Virus record (IMG/VR): IMGVR_UViG_3300032116_022045
Reading direction: 5' to 3' (one strand)
From: a virus
Lineage: Duplodnaviria > Caudoviricetes
Length of the DNA stretch: 64,000 nucleotides
Shown: one piece after another, positions 39,514 through 49,847 of the stretch
Position numbering within the stretch: position 1 is the first letter of the stretch
How the letters are laid out: each line of letters opens with the position of its first letter
Notes under the pieces: model-generated
What the model was told of the DNA's origin: nothing
The model's database searches: none
Seen by the model: only the letters and a program-made list of their open reading frames with translations
Made by a program: the position numbers and the translations under genes

Positions 39514-40493
39514 TGAAAATAATTAATGCACATAATAGAACCGTTACTGGTAAAGATTCAAATCTTGATAAAGTAACAAAACAAAATTATATAAGAATAG
39601 GTCAAGTTATTTCAATTGATGACCCTTCTGGTGTTGGTAGAATTAAAGTTAGAATACAAGGTGATAAAGTTAACGGTGGTGATGATGGTGTTAATAATAA
39701 TGACTTACCATGGTGCCATGCATTATTACCAAAACATTTACAGATTACACCAAAAGTAAATGAAGCAGTATTTGTGTTTATCCTTAATGATAAATCTAAA
39801 AACATAGATAGATTATACATGGGTCCAATTATCTCACAAGAACAAAATCTATCTCAAGACCCATTATATTTTTCAGCCCTTGCTGGATTTTCTTTTAGTA
39901 CAACACAACCACAACAAAATGTTAAAAATATACCACAAATAAGAGGTGTTTTCCCAAATAAACAAGATATAACTATACAAGGTAGAAATAATACTGATAT
40001 AATACAAAAAAATAATGAAATAGTTATAAGAGCTGGTAAGTTTCAACCAAATACACAAGTTGGTAATAACCCATTCAGTTTTGAATTTAATTCTAAAACA
40101 CAAGCATATATTCAATTAAAAAATAATATAACTATACCTAACGAAGAAAATGGTACAGTAGCAAATATTGTTGCAAATAAAATAAATCTAATAACACATA
40201 AAAATGGTAGCCCTAGATTTGATGTATTGAATCAAACAGATAATGTTGATTTAATATCAGATGAAGAAATGAATAATATATTGACAACAGCACATCAAGT
40301 ACCATTTGGTGATGTGTTATTGGAATATCTAAAACTATTAAAAGAAGCACTTTTTGCACATGTGCATAATGGTAGCGGAAACCCACCAACTGATTTAACA
40401 ATATCAGGTAATAAACAATCATTAGCTATATTTAAATCAAAAGCTGATGAACTTGAAAGAAATATGTTATCCAAAAATATTAGAATTAATTAA
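39513..40493 (+). CDS. gp5/VgrG-like baseplate central spike (OB-fold)
   Basis: GQVISIDDPSGVGRIKVRI, LPWCHALLP, PKVNEAVFV; C-terminal HVH spike motif. Confidence 0.8.
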   Translation: MKIINAHNRTVTGKDSNLDKVTKQNYIRIGQVISIDDPSGVGRIKVRIQGDKVNGGDDGVNNNDLPWCHALLPKHLQITPKVNEAVFVFILNDKSKNIDRLYMGPIISQEQNLSQDPLYFSALAGFSFSTTQPQQNVKNIPQIRGVFPNKQDITIQGRNNTDIIQKNNEIVIRAGKFQPNTQVGNNPFSFEFNSKTQAYIQLKNNITIPNEENGTVANIVANKINLITHKNGSPRFDVLNQTDNVDLISDEEMNNILTTAHQVPFGDVLLEYLKLLKEALFAHVHNGSGNPPTDLTISGNKQSLAIFKSKADELERNMLSKNIRIN

Positions 40494-40529
40494 TGTTTTT
40501 TAGATATTTATTATAAAATATAAATACAT

Positions 40530-41936
40530 ATGGTCATTAAAACATATTTCGATAAAAATAATACTATAGTAAATAATCTTAACGTTAATACTGGTCTTAA
40601 CCCTGTATCAGAGCTTTTCTATGGTGGTCCTTTGGGTGAACAAAGTTACAGTAGATTATTATTTCATTTTGATGAGACAAAATTAAAATCATTATATACT
40701 GGTGGAACATTTACAGATTTAACAAAATTAACACACACATTAAAATTAACTAATACAGCATCATTTGATACTGATTTGTTAAATGGTAATATGGGTGCTA
40801 AAGAAAGAGCTTCATCTTTTGATTTAATATTATTTAAAATTAATCAAGATTGGGATAATGGTGTTGGATATGATTACACTGTATGTGATGAGTTAATAAC
40901 AGGTGATTGTGCTTATTCTAATGGCCCATCAAACTGGATTGAAGCACAAACTGGTATATTTTGGTCTGGTGGCTCTGGTGTTTATTCTGGTTCTCCATCA
41001 GGTATAACAATAACAACACAACATTTTGATAAAGGTAATGAAAATATCGAAATGGATATTACAGATTTTGTTAATGGTTTATTAACTGGTGATACAAATT
41101 ATGGTTTAGGTATAGCATATGCTAGAAATTTTGAACAGTTATACACCACTAGATTACAATATGTAGGTTTTTTTACAAATAATACACAAACTTTTTATGA
41201 ACCATATGTAGAAACAATATACAGTAATCACATAAAAGACGATAGAAATAATTTTTATTTAGATAAACCTAATAAACTATATTTATATGTTAATTTAGGT
41301 GGAAACCCAACAAATTTAGATGCTAACCCAACATGTATCGTATATGATAATAATAATAGTGTTTTATCAAGTTATACACAAAATAATGTTACACATGTTA
41401 CATTAGGTGTTTATTCAATAGATGTACTCGTTAACACAAATAATAGTAATATAGAGACAATGTATAATGATGTTTGGAGCAATATAGTTATAAACAATAT
41501 AACAAGACCAGACGCTTCATTAAACTTTGTTACAAAAAGCTCATTAGATTACTATAATATTGGTGATAATAGTATGTTACCTAAAAAAGTAGGTGTTAAT
41601 GTTAGTGGTATACAAAATAAAGAAAAAATTAAACGTGGTGATATAAGAAAAGTAATTGTAACAGCTAGAATACCATACACAGTTGAGCAAACACAAACGG
41701 TAAAAGAACTTAAATATAGAATTTATGTTAAAGAAGGTAATAGTGAATTAACAACAATAGACTTCCAAACAGTTGAATTGGCTAGTAACTATTATTACTT
41801 CTTACTAGATACTAATAGCTTATTACCAAATACTTATTATTTAGATGTATTAGCATATTCAGATTTAGAAGTAACAACACTTAAACAGGTATTACAATTT
41901 GAAATAGTAAATCAAGTTGAATTAAGAAAAAATTAA
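40530..41936 (+). CDS. Putative virion structural protein (beta-rich)
   Basis: 468 aa, Thr/Asn/Gly-rich; ATATTTATT at 40504-40512. Confidence 0.55.
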   Translation: MVIKTYFDKNNTIVNNLNVNTGLNPVSELFYGGPLGEQSYSRLLFHFDETKLKSLYTGGTFTDLTKLTHTLKLTNTASFDTDLLNGNMGAKERASSFDLILFKINQDWDNGVGYDYTVCDELITGDCAYSNGPSNWIEAQTGIFWSGGSGVYSGSPSGITITTQHFDKGNENIEMDITDFVNGLLTGDTNYGLGIAYARNFEQLYTTRLQYVGFFTNNTQTFYEPYVETIYSNHIKDDRNNFYLDKPNKLYLYVNLGGNPTNLDANPTCIVYDNNNSVLSSYTQNNVTHVTLGVYSIDVLVNTNNSNIETMYNDVWSNIVINNITRPDASLNFVTKSSLDYYNIGDNSMLPKKVGVNVSGIQNKEKIKRGDIRKVIVTARIPYTVEQTQTVKELKYRIYVKEGNSELTTIDFQTVELASNYYYFLLDTNSLLPNTYYLDVLAYSDLEVTTLKQVLQFEIVNQVELRKN

Positions 41937-41968
41937 AAGAATAATTATAAAATTACTTCGAGAACAAT

Positions 41969-41993
41969 TTATTCATATTCAAAATATGAATAA
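41969..41993. terminator. AT-rich hairpin between convergent genes
   Basis: TTATTCATATT-CAA-AATATGAATAA. Confidence 0.35.
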
Positions 41994-42021
41994 TTATATG
42001 GAAATAATTTCTATAAAATTT

Positions 42022-42852
42022 TTATTTCATATTTTTGCCAAGCAACCCTTCTCTTGCCATTCTTATTTTTAAATTTCTAACCCAATTAACTCTATAGTTA
42101 TAATTTAACATATCATACACAGTGTTTAATGCTGGTATACTAGCAAGTAAATCATCAAAACTTAAATTATCCCAATAATATTTACTTTCATTTCTTTTAA
42201 CCCATTCATAATATTGTTTTATATTATGAATTTGACCCTGTATTTCAATATAACTAGCGTTATCAGGTTTTTTACCAAATCTAAATATCCCTTTTCGTTC
42301 TCTTTCTTCTTTTTCATCATCCGATAATTTACTCCATTTACCCATTTTTGTACCCAAATGTCTATTATTGATAGTGTCGTCAATCCAATGAGCTAATTCA
42401 TGATGTATAGTACCTTTTATTTTTTTTTCACTAAATTCAGTAATAAAATTATTAGCTGTTTTTTGACCATGATAAGAAAGTAAATCCTCTTTAGCTAATT
42501 TAATATTACCATCATAACCTTCTAAAAAAGAAATAGCACCCTTATGTACAAGCAATGAAATTATATTAACATCAGAATTATAAAAATTACTTCCAAAGTC
42601 ACCAAAATTGTTTATAAAAATTTTACAAGGGTTAATCTTATTAGCTTTAATTGCTAATTCAGTCTTTAATATACTAGTGTCTGTTTCTTTAAATTTAAAC
42701 ATATTCTTAGTAAGAATACCAGTTCTGTTTAATTCATCAATGTCTTTTTTGAAATAATTGTTATACAATAAATCAACATCTTCATCAACCGCTGTCAATC
42801 TTTCTAATAACAAATTTTCCCTTAATAATTGTTTAATAGTTTCTTTTAACAT
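42022..42852 (-). CDS. Zincin-like HExxH protein with a putative capsid-targeting leader (start moved to 42852)
   Basis: MLKETIKQLLRENLLLE; TIHHELAHWID...YIEIQG; late motif at 42868-42876. Confidence 0.6.
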   Translation of the reverse strand: MLKETIKQLLRENLLLERLTAVDEDVDLLYNNYFKKDIDELNRTGILTKNMFKFKETDTSILKTELAIKANKINPCKIFINNFGDFGSNFYNSDVNIISLLVHKGAISFLEGYDGNIKLAKEDLLSYHGQKTANNFITEFSEKKIKGTIHHELAHWIDDTINNRHLGTKMGKWSKLSDDEKEERERKGIFRFGKKPDNASYIEIQGQIHNIKQYYEWVKRNESKYYWDNLSFDDLLASIPALNTVYDMLNYNYRVNWVRNLKIRMAREGLLGKNMK

Positions 42853-43012
42853 AATATTAATTTTATTAATAAATATTGACAAAATAATAAAAATGACTTA
42901 TATTTATTAATGAGTTAACTACACATCGGTTCAGAGAATTTAAAGTCTTTGGAATTGATATATGTCAATAAATGAATCGGTGTAATAATAACAATAAAAT
43001 TAAAAGTTAATT

Positions 43013-43750
43013 ATGAAAAAAATGAATTATTCTATTGGTGAAAACCCAACAGTAAACATTACTGTAAAAAAATCAAGGTTGAAAAATTATTATGTTAATA
43101 ATAAAAAAACCTATTACCTAAATGATGGTACAGAATTTGAAATTGAATTGTTTAACCCAACAAATCAAAACATTCTGGCTGAAATTAAATTAAATGACAA
43201 AATAATTTCAAATGCTGGACTTGTATTAAAACCAGGTCAAAGAATTTATCTAGAAAGATACCTAGATTCACAACAAAAATTTTTATTTGAAACATATGAT
43301 GTTGAAAATACAAATGAAGCCTTGTCAGCTATAGAAAATAATGGTGATTTATCAGTATCTTTCTATAAAGAAAGAGAATATCTTAAAACACCTTACTTCT
43401 ATCCAGATTATAATTATATTACTCTTACTACAAATAGTAATAATAACTATTTGACTAGTAACATTAGTTATGATAATTTATCTGGTATTATATATTGTTC
43501 AGTCAATAATACTAATAATTATGTTGAAACAGGTAGAATAGAAAAAGGCTCGTATTCAAATCAAAAATTTACTAATGTTGATATTGAATTTAGTGATTAT
43601 TATTTTTATAGATATAATTGTAAATTATTACCATTATCCCAAAAAATAACTACAGATTCAGATTTAAAAGTAAGAAATTACTGCAAAAATTGTGGTCACA
43701 AATTAGGTAAAACTGATAATTATTGTGGTCAATGCGGAACTAAAATTTAA
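43013..43750 (+). CDS. Hypothetical protein with C-terminal zinc ribbon
   Basis: CKNCG...YCGQCG; transcribed opposite to its neighbours and has its own terminator. Confidence 0.75.
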   Translation: MKKMNYSIGENPTVNITVKKSRLKNYYVNNKKTYYLNDGTEFEIELFNPTNQNILAEIKLNDKIISNAGLVLKPGQRIYLERYLDSQQKFLFETYDVENTNEALSAIENNGDLSVSFYKEREYLKTPYFYPDYNYITLTTNSNNNYLTSNISYDNLSGIIYCSVNNTNNYVETGRIEKGSYSNQKFTNVDIEFSDYYFYRYNCKLLPLSQKITTDSDLKVRNYCKNCGHKLGKTDNYCGQCGTKI

Positions 43751-43783
43751 AAAAATATAATAAATAAAAAAGTTAACTCAAAT

Positions 43784-43815
43784 AACCCAAAGAATTTTTA
43801 TCTTTGGGTTTTTTT
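43784..43815 (+). terminator. Intrinsic terminator
   Basis: AACCCAAAGA-N7-TCTTTGGGTT followed by a T-run. Confidence 0.85.
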
Positions 43816-43851
43816 ATTGTTTGTTAGTAATAAACATAACCTAATATAAAC

Positions 43852-43879
43852 AAAAAAGGCTGGAAAAACCAGCCTTTTA
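43852..43879 (-). terminator. Intrinsic terminator after the major capsid gene (bidirectional-type)
   Basis: AAAAGGCTGG-AAAAA-CCAGCCTTTT. Confidence 0.85.
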
Positions 43880-43901
43880 AGTTTATTGTTTTTAGAAATG
43901 A

Positions 43902-45800
43902 TTATCTCAATTCAGCAACATTGAATGTAGGTATACCATCTACACGTACATGGCCATAGAACCTATTGTTCACAACCTTCTTAGCGTAACGTGTCATGAT
44001 TCCTTTAACAGGAGCAAAGTTAAATGGATTGTACATAGTTGGGGTTAACTGAAGAGGTACGTATGGAGCGTAGATGTAACCAGTATCCAACAATGATTTA
44101 CCTTTATGACCGATAATCACAGAGTAAGCTGGGGAGTATGGGTCACGATAAACTTGGTAACGACCACTTAAAGAACCGATTCTCTCAATACCCATGTTAT
44201 ATTGGTCTTGCTCTGGATTTGCATCAGATACGTGGAAGTATTCTAAGTCATCGAATACAGCTGAAATTTCAGAAGATACAACGATAAAGTTAGCACCACC
44301 ACGAAGAGTAGATTTATGGATTTGAGCAGAGATTTGGTTAATTCTTGTGATAAGAGTTTGATTCCAGTCTTTCTGAGTATAAGGTGCAGCAGCAGAAGAT
44401 GCTTTTCTCCAACCATTATAGTCCCAACGCAATTGCCATGCAGCAGCTTTACGAAGGTCTCTTAAGATTTCACGGTCAATCTCAGCAGCTACTTGTTCAG
44501 ACAACATAGCAGTTAATTCAGCTTCAGCATCAATGTTGTGGAATGCACTAACGTCTTGTGCTAATTCTGGAGACCAAGTTGCACGTAATTTTCTTTCTTC
44601 AACAGAAACAACAACTTCATCAAGTTTAAAGGAAACTTCACCAAGTTCAGTTTCAAGTTCTAAAGAAGCGTATTCAGCCCAAGCGAAAACGTATGCAGGG
44701 TTAGTAGTTAAACCAGATACGGAGTTTGCAATACCAGTAGCTGGAGAAGTAGTACCAGTTGCACCAACGTAACCATCATAAGTAGAAGTACCAGCTTTAG
44801 CAGTACCAGAAGCGGTAGTACCTACAGGGTGACGAAGGTCAAGCTCGATATACATTACACCAGCAGGAGATACTAAAGTACCTTTATTTTGAACGATAGC
44901 TTTACCATACTGTTGAGTTACAAGTCTAAATGGAACTTCACCACCAGCAGCTACAACAACGTTACCATCTGGGTCAGTAATAGCGTTACTAGTAACACAA
45001 ATTAAAGAAGCTAAGAAAGATTCAGTATCAATGTTGTTACCATCTGGGCCAGTTAATACTTCAGCACCATTAGCAGCACCAGCACCACCTGAGAAACCAG
45101 AAAGACCAACGATAACGCTTCTTACAGTACCATCTTGTGCAGTAGGAAGAATGTTACCACCAGTAGTTGCACTAAAGGAACCATCATTAGTAAATACATA
45201 TGCTTGAAGAGCAGACATATTAATACTCTTAATAGTAAGGGTACCTTTAGAGTTATCAAACATACCGTCATTGTAGAAAATGTCGTATAAGTTTTTAGCC
45301 ATAAACTGAGTTAAAGGCTGAGAAGCTTTAGTTACAGCAACTGGAAGTGCAGCAGCAGTAGCAACACCGTTGTGTTCACCATTAAGACCAGTGTGAGCAG
45401 AATAAGTTGTACCATAAGGTAAAGTTGCATAATCATTACCAGCAACACCATTACCGTCAACACGGCTAGAAGTTTGTGGTACGAAGTAGAACAATTTACC
45501 GATTGGCATGTTCATTGCTTGTACAGATACGATATCATTAGCAAGCAATTTAGAGAAAACACGTCTTACGATAGGAAACACTACAGTTTCAAAAGAACCA
45601 GAACTGGTTGCTGTAGTAGATTCAGTCAATAAGTTAGAAGCTTGATTTTCGTACAACTGTGCGATGTTTTCTTTAACGTGGCCTTTAAGACCTTCGAGGA
45701 AGCCTAAGCTATCCCATTTTTCTTGGGTTTCTTTACGGATTGCTTTCATATGGTTTAATCCGATATTTCCCACTTGTCCAGAAGTTAATAAATGTGACAT
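43902..45800 (-). CDS. gp23: Major capsid protein, T4 gp23-like
   Basis: FPIVRRVF, VSVQAM..P.G.LFY, RKLRATWSPELAQD, YAPYVPL, GIMTRYA; probable cleavage at LLTE/S; strongly biased codon usage. Confidence 0.96.
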   Translation of the reverse strand: MSHLLTSGQVGNIGLNHMKAIRKETQEKWDSLGFLEGLKGHVKENIAQLYENQASNLLTESTTATSSGSFETVVFPIVRRVFSKLLANDIVSVQAMNMPIGKLFYFVPQTSSRVDGNGVAGNDYATLPYGTTYSAHTGLNGEHNGVATAAALPVAVTKASQPLTQFMAKNLYDIFYNDGMFDNSKGTLTIKSINMSALQAYVFTNDGSFSATTGGNILPTAQDGTVRSVIVGLSGFSGGAGAANGAEVLTGPDGNNIDTESFLASLICVTSNAITDPDGNVVVAAGGEVPFRLVTQQYGKAIVQNKGTLVSPAGVMYIELDLRHPVGTTASGTAKAGTSTYDGYVGATGTTSPATGIANSVSGLTTNPAYVFAWAEYASLELETELGEVSFKLDEVVVSVEERKLRATWSPELAQDVSAFHNIDAEAELTAMLSEQVAAEIDREILRDLRKAAAWQLRWDYNGWRKASSAAAPYTQKDWNQTLITRINQISAQIHKSTLRGGANFIVVSSEISAVFDDLEYFHVSDANPEQDQYNMGIERIGSLSGRYQVYRDPYSPAYSVIIGHKGKSLLDTGYIYAPYVPLQLTPTMYNPFNFAPVKGIMTRYAKKVVNNRFYGHVRVDGIPTFNVAELR

Positions 45801-45828
45801 AATTTTTTTTTATTGTTTTGTTATTTTG

Positions 45829-47052
45829 TTATTTTTTTTCGACTCTGTTAATCAAATCAAGGATTCTCTTTGTCGATGGGTCAACATAAGCAGTGTTTTC
45901 TGTTAATTGTTTTGACGTGCCTGTGGTAACCTCTTTTATTATTTTATTTTCGACAGACTCATTAATTGGTTTTCTATTATCCAATTCATTAAGTATTGCC
46001 TTATAAAGTTTTTTAGACTCTTTAAGATTTGTAACTTCGTTATCAAATCTTTTGATGATGTTTTCTTTTTCAGATTTAGTAGTAGAGTGTTCAGTAAATA
46101 ATTTTGTTACATAAGTTAGATTACTATTAAACACAACTGTCTCAACTAGTTTTGTTCTAAATTCTTTAAGAGCTACTCTGAATTGTTCATTCTCAGCTTT
46201 TAATTTTCTAGACTCATCCAATAAAGCATTGTATTTCTTAGCAGTCTCAGTAACAATTTTTTTAGCGATTACAGATTCTTTTTGAAATTTAGCACCTTGT
46301 TTAGCTCCTGGTCCTTTAGTATCAGTTAAATCACCACCAGCTCTGTTTTGGGCAACTCTATTTGTAGAAATATATTCTTCAATAGTTTCCTCTTCTTCAT
46401 CTTCCTCAGACTCTTCTTCTTCATCTTCATCTTCTTCTTCATCATCCCCCATTTCAATTTCATACTCAGGTTCTTCTTCTACTTCAGTTTCATCTTCCAT
46501 GTCTTCCATTTCAGAGTCATCTTCCATATCTTCCATGTCTTCCATGTCTTCCATTTCAGAGTCATCTTCCATATCTTCCATGTCATCCATGTCTTCCATT
46601 TCAGATTCATCATCAAGACCATCAATTTGTGATGTTTTAATAATGTATTCACCTGGTTCAGATACGCTAATGTGAATATCACCATCCACGATTTCAATTT
46701 CATCATCACCTGTTAATTTTTTGTAAACAGAGATAATGTCATCATCACTAGCTGAAGTTAAATCAATTTCATTTAATGAGTCATACTCATTCATTTCTTC
46801 TTCGTGAATTTCTTCACCTTCGTTTGACATTTCATCTTCTTCAGTAAGTTCTTCGGAATGCATAGATTCATCAATAACTTCTTCTTCGTACATCTCTTCT
46901 TCCATTTTTTTAGAGAGAGATTCTTTTACAACAGTGTCAATTTCTTCTTTAGCAACGCTACGAAGTATTTCTTTTGTGTTGTTGTTTAAAGCCTTTTCAA
47001 TATTTTTAATATCTAATAACGCTTCTTCTAAGATTGATTTTTTTTCGCTCAT
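45829..47052 (-). CDS. Prohead core scaffold protein (gp22-like)
   Basis: Acidic coiled-coil protein between protease and capsid genes, with many [ILV]-x-E sites. Confidence 0.8.
   Translation of the reverse strand: MSEKKSILEEALLDIKNIEKALNNNTKEILRSVAKEEIDTVVKESLSKKMEEEMYEEEVIDESMHSEELTEEDEMSNEGEEIHEEEMNEYDSLNEIDLTSASDDDIISVYKKLTGDDEIEIVDGDIHISVSEPGEYIIKTSQIDGLDDESEMEDMDDMEDMEDDSEMEDMEDMEDMEDDSEMEDMEDETEVEEEPEYEIEMGDDEEEDEDEEEESEEDEEEETIEEYISTNRVAQNRAGGDLTDTKGPGAKQGAKFQKESVIAKKIVTETAKKYNALLDESRKLKAENEQFRVALKEFRTKLVETVVFNSNLTYVTKLFTEHSTTKSEKENIIKRFDNEVTNLKESKKLYKAILNELDNRKPINESVENKIIKEVTTGTSKQLTENTAYVDPSTKRILDLINRVEKK
46491..46614 (-). repeat. Tandem 9-nt repeats encoding (MED)n / DDSE in the scaffold
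   Basis: TCTTCCAT(G/A) units; protein ESEMEDMDDMEDMEDDSEMEDMEDMEDMEDDSEMEDMED. Confidence 0.9.
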
Positions 47053-47147
47053 TTTGTTTTTATATAAAAATTTTATATTCTTATTTGTTTATAAATATGT
47101 ATGGTTTTTAAAAAGCACAAAAAAATAATAAAAAAAAGTAAATTTAA

Positions 47148-47861
47148 TTATGATAATAAGAAATTATCTAAATTATTTTTAATATTTTCGTTTATTATAT
47201 TATTTTTTTGTTTAAAGTTTTCTACAAATGGTTGTGCTTCTTCTATGTTATTAAACATCCATGCATCTGGTGTTGATGGTGCTGTTACAACGTCCCAACA
47301 AATTATTTCAAAATCATCTTGTACAATTTGTTCACCGTTTTTACCTTCTTTTAAGCTACCAACACCTCTTGATGAAACACCTATTTTAATTCTATTTCTT
47401 AATAAGTTTGCGACTTCATCACCTTTTGTTGATACTATACCATAATTAATGAAACCTGGTGTCATTAATATTTCCATTTTACCCATAAGGGTTTTACCTT
47501 CCCACCATGTTTCTAATATGTTATGAGATATTCTATCAGCAGCTATTATTGAAGTATCTGGATGGTCCAATTCACCTACAGCACTTCTTTCCTTTATCAT
47601 TTTTTGATAAAGTTCATTTTGTTTTCTTAAAACTTCTTCAGGATAAATTCTACCGTTTCTGTTTAATACACCATATTTTTGCAATATAACGTAAACAACA
47701 AGTGGGTCTTCAATTATTAGTTTACCAGTTTCTAATTTTTTTATTTCATTTATAAACGGTAAATTTCTTGGTTCATTAGGACTAATGTAACCAGCATCAT
47801 ATTCAATTAATATACCCCTACCACTTTGTCCTCTTTTAAGTATTTTTAATTCGTTATCCAT
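47148..47861 (-). CDS. gp21: Prohead maturation protease, gp21-like
   Basis: NRNGRIYP, GELDHP, GVSSRGVGS, WDVVTAPS. Confidence 0.93.
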   Translation of the reverse strand: MDNELKILKRGQSGRGILIEYDAGYISPNEPRNLPFINEIKKLETGKLIIEDPLVVYVILQKYGVLNRNGRIYPEEVLRKQNELYQKMIKERSAVGELDHPDTSIIAADRISHNILETWWEGKTLMGKMEILMTPGFINYGIVSTKGDEVANLLRNRIKIGVSSRGVGSLKEGKNGEQIVQDDFEIICWDVVTAPSTPDAWMFNNIEEAQPFVENFKQKNNIINENIKNNLDNFLLS

Positions 47862-47916
47862 TTATTCACGTGATTATTCTAATTAATAAATATATCACAT
47901 GAATAAAAAGAATATT

Positions 47917-48375
47917 TTATTTTTTAGTTTTACTAAAAAGCAAATGTTTGTTGTTATTAAATACTTCGCCAATAATGATATTGGTAATCATTGTAAGTTC
48001 ATCAATTGTTGATTCTTTATTTATTGGTAAATCGATATTTGAAAATAGAGTTATTTCACAAGACATAAAACTTTTTTTACCAAATTTTATACCAGATTCT
48101 CTAATATCTAAATCTATAATTGTTCTATCTTTAATAAAGAAATTTTTTTTATTATAAGCTAAATAATTATATATTTTTTGTTTTATTTCTTTATTTAACT
48201 CTCTTAAATGTCTTTGATATTGAGTATCATTTTCATCAGTTGGTGTTGCCCATGATGAGATATTAATATAGAGTGATTTTGGGTTATTGTTATCAACACA
48301 ACCAAAAAAAACTTTATGGTTTAAGTTGTTAGTTAATTTAATTTTTTTACCTTTTTTCTTTGTTGTCGTATTCAT
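47917..48375 (-). CDS. Hypothetical protein (start moved to 48375)
   Basis: MNTTTKKKGKK...; about 152 aa. Confidence 0.6.
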   Translation of the reverse strand: MNTTTKKKGKKIKLTNNLNHKVFFGCVDNNNPKSLYINISSWATPTDENDTQYQRHLRELNKEIKQKIYNYLAYNKKNFFIKDRTIIDLDIRESGIKFGKKSFMSCEITLFSNIDLPINKESTIDELTMITNIIIGEVFNNNKHLLFSKTKK

Positions 48376-48434
48376 GTATATTACCTGGTTTTTTATATAC
48401 AAGTAATATACTAAATAATTTAAATTAGTCAAAT

Positions 48435-48770
48435 TTAGAATTTACCCCAAACAGCGATAAAGATACCCATCATTGTTTGTATAAAAGCTAATATAGCAAT
48501 AGCTGCGACCCATTTATTTTTCTGTGCATATATTTCATCTTTAGCAGATTTCATTTGTGATGGAGACCAAACATCATTAACTTTTTCAACCCATTTTACG
48601 TGTTCATCTACTTTGGATTCAATATTTTTTAAATCACTAAGTTTTTGTGTTAATTGAGAAAAACGAGTATCAATATCTGACCTCATTCGTTCATGATTTT
48701 CATTTAATCTTTCTAACTCTTTTAACACTAATCTACTATATTCTGCCCATGTATCTTTTTCGTCTGACAT
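48435..48770 (-). CDS. Coiled-coil protein with a C-terminal transmembrane helix
   Basis: WVAAIAILAFIQTMMGIFIAVWG hydrophobic C-terminus. Confidence 0.65.
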   Translation of the reverse strand: MSDEKDTWAEYSRLVLKELERLNENHERMRSDIDTRFSQLTQKLSDLKNIESKVDEHVKWVEKVNDVWSPSQMKSAKDEIYAQKNKWVAAIAILAFIQTMMGIFIAVWGKF

Positions 48771-48772
48771 AA

Positions 48773-48994
48773 TTAACCTAATTTTGTTTTATTAAGAATG
48801 TTTTTTATTTTATTATGCAGTTTTTCGTAACAAGATAATTTATTTTTTTGTGTTTGGTCAGTTTTTAATTCGTTTTCAAATTGCAATATATTTTCTTTTA
48901 TTTCTTTAATACTGTTGTAATATACATCGCTTTCATCAAACCCACACATTTTTTCAGTTAACTCTTTTAGTTTTATTAAATTATCAGATTGCAT
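48773..48994 (-). CDS. Hypothetical protein
   Basis: 73-aa ORF in the operon. Confidence 0.55.
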   Translation of the reverse strand: MQSDNLIKLKELTEKMCGFDESDVYYNSIKEIKENILQFENELKTDQTQKNKLSCYEKLHNKIKNILNKTKLG

Positions 48995-49018
48995 AATTAA
49001 TTATGTTATATAATATTG

Positions 49019-49801
49019 TTATTTAAGGGTATTTCTTAAATTAATGAGTTTAGTTATTTCTTTTGAATAAGATTCATTAGTTATTGTCTTTTCATTTAAT
49101 AACTTATCTTTAACTTTAAGTAGTTTATCTTTTAACTCAATATCACTATCAACAAACTTTGCATCAATAAGAGTTATACACTCACGAATTAAATTGTTGT
49201 GTAACTCTTTTTTTTCTTCTTCGGTTGATTCTAATAAAGTTTTTAATACTTGTCTTTCAGATTCATCTAAATCTGAATATCGTTCATTAAATTTATCAAC
49301 AAATAAAGATGTAACTATGCTATTAGGCAAACCAAAGTTTTCATTTATTTCTTTTGGTTTATTATTAACAATATAATCAGCTACTTTATTTTTAATTTCT
49401 ATAATTTCATCTATTGTATTAAAGTTTTTTTCAGTAAAAATTAATTTTGAAATGTTATTATGTAAATCTAGTTTATCATATGTAATATCATGTTCAAAAA
49501 TAATATCTTTAACTAATTTATTATTAGCTTCAAAAATTTCTTTTTTATTATGATTAGATATTAATGATAATGTCTCATTAATAAATTCCATAGCTTTAAC
49601 CCTATCAGGTTCAACTTTACTTTCAATACTTGTATAGATTAAAAATTGTTTTTTTAAAACTTCATTAGATTTAAGATGTTTTAAATAAGAACCGAATAAA
49701 CCTTTACCAGATTTATTTTCTTTTACAATACCTTCAGTTAATGCGTTATTATAAACTTCTTTTATCTTACCAAAATTTTTAATGTTATCATTAATATTCA
49801 T
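49019..49801 (-). CDS. Hypothetical head-assembly-region protein
   Basis: 260 aa, helical; between portal and protease; late motif at 49817-49825. Confidence 0.6.
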   Translation of the reverse strand: MNINDNIKNFGKIKEVYNNALTEGIVKENKSGKGLFGSYLKHLKSNEVLKKQFLIYTSIESKVEPDRVKAMEFINETLSLISNHNKKEIFEANNKLVKDIIFEHDITYDKLDLHNNISKLIFTEKNFNTIDEIIEIKNKVADYIVNNKPKEINENFGLPNSIVTSLFVDKFNERYSDLDESERQVLKTLLESTEEEKKELHNNLIRECITLIDAKFVDSDIELKDKLLKVKDKLLNEKTITNESYSKEITKLINLRNTLK

Positions 49802-49847
49802 AATAGTTTTTTAATTAATAAATATCATATGTTTTAATAAAAAAACA

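Noticed and set aside
46491-46614. Possible CRISPR array or VNTR element
   Set aside because: Contiguous 9-nt coding repeats with no unique spacers; no repeat-spacer array was seen anywhere in the window.
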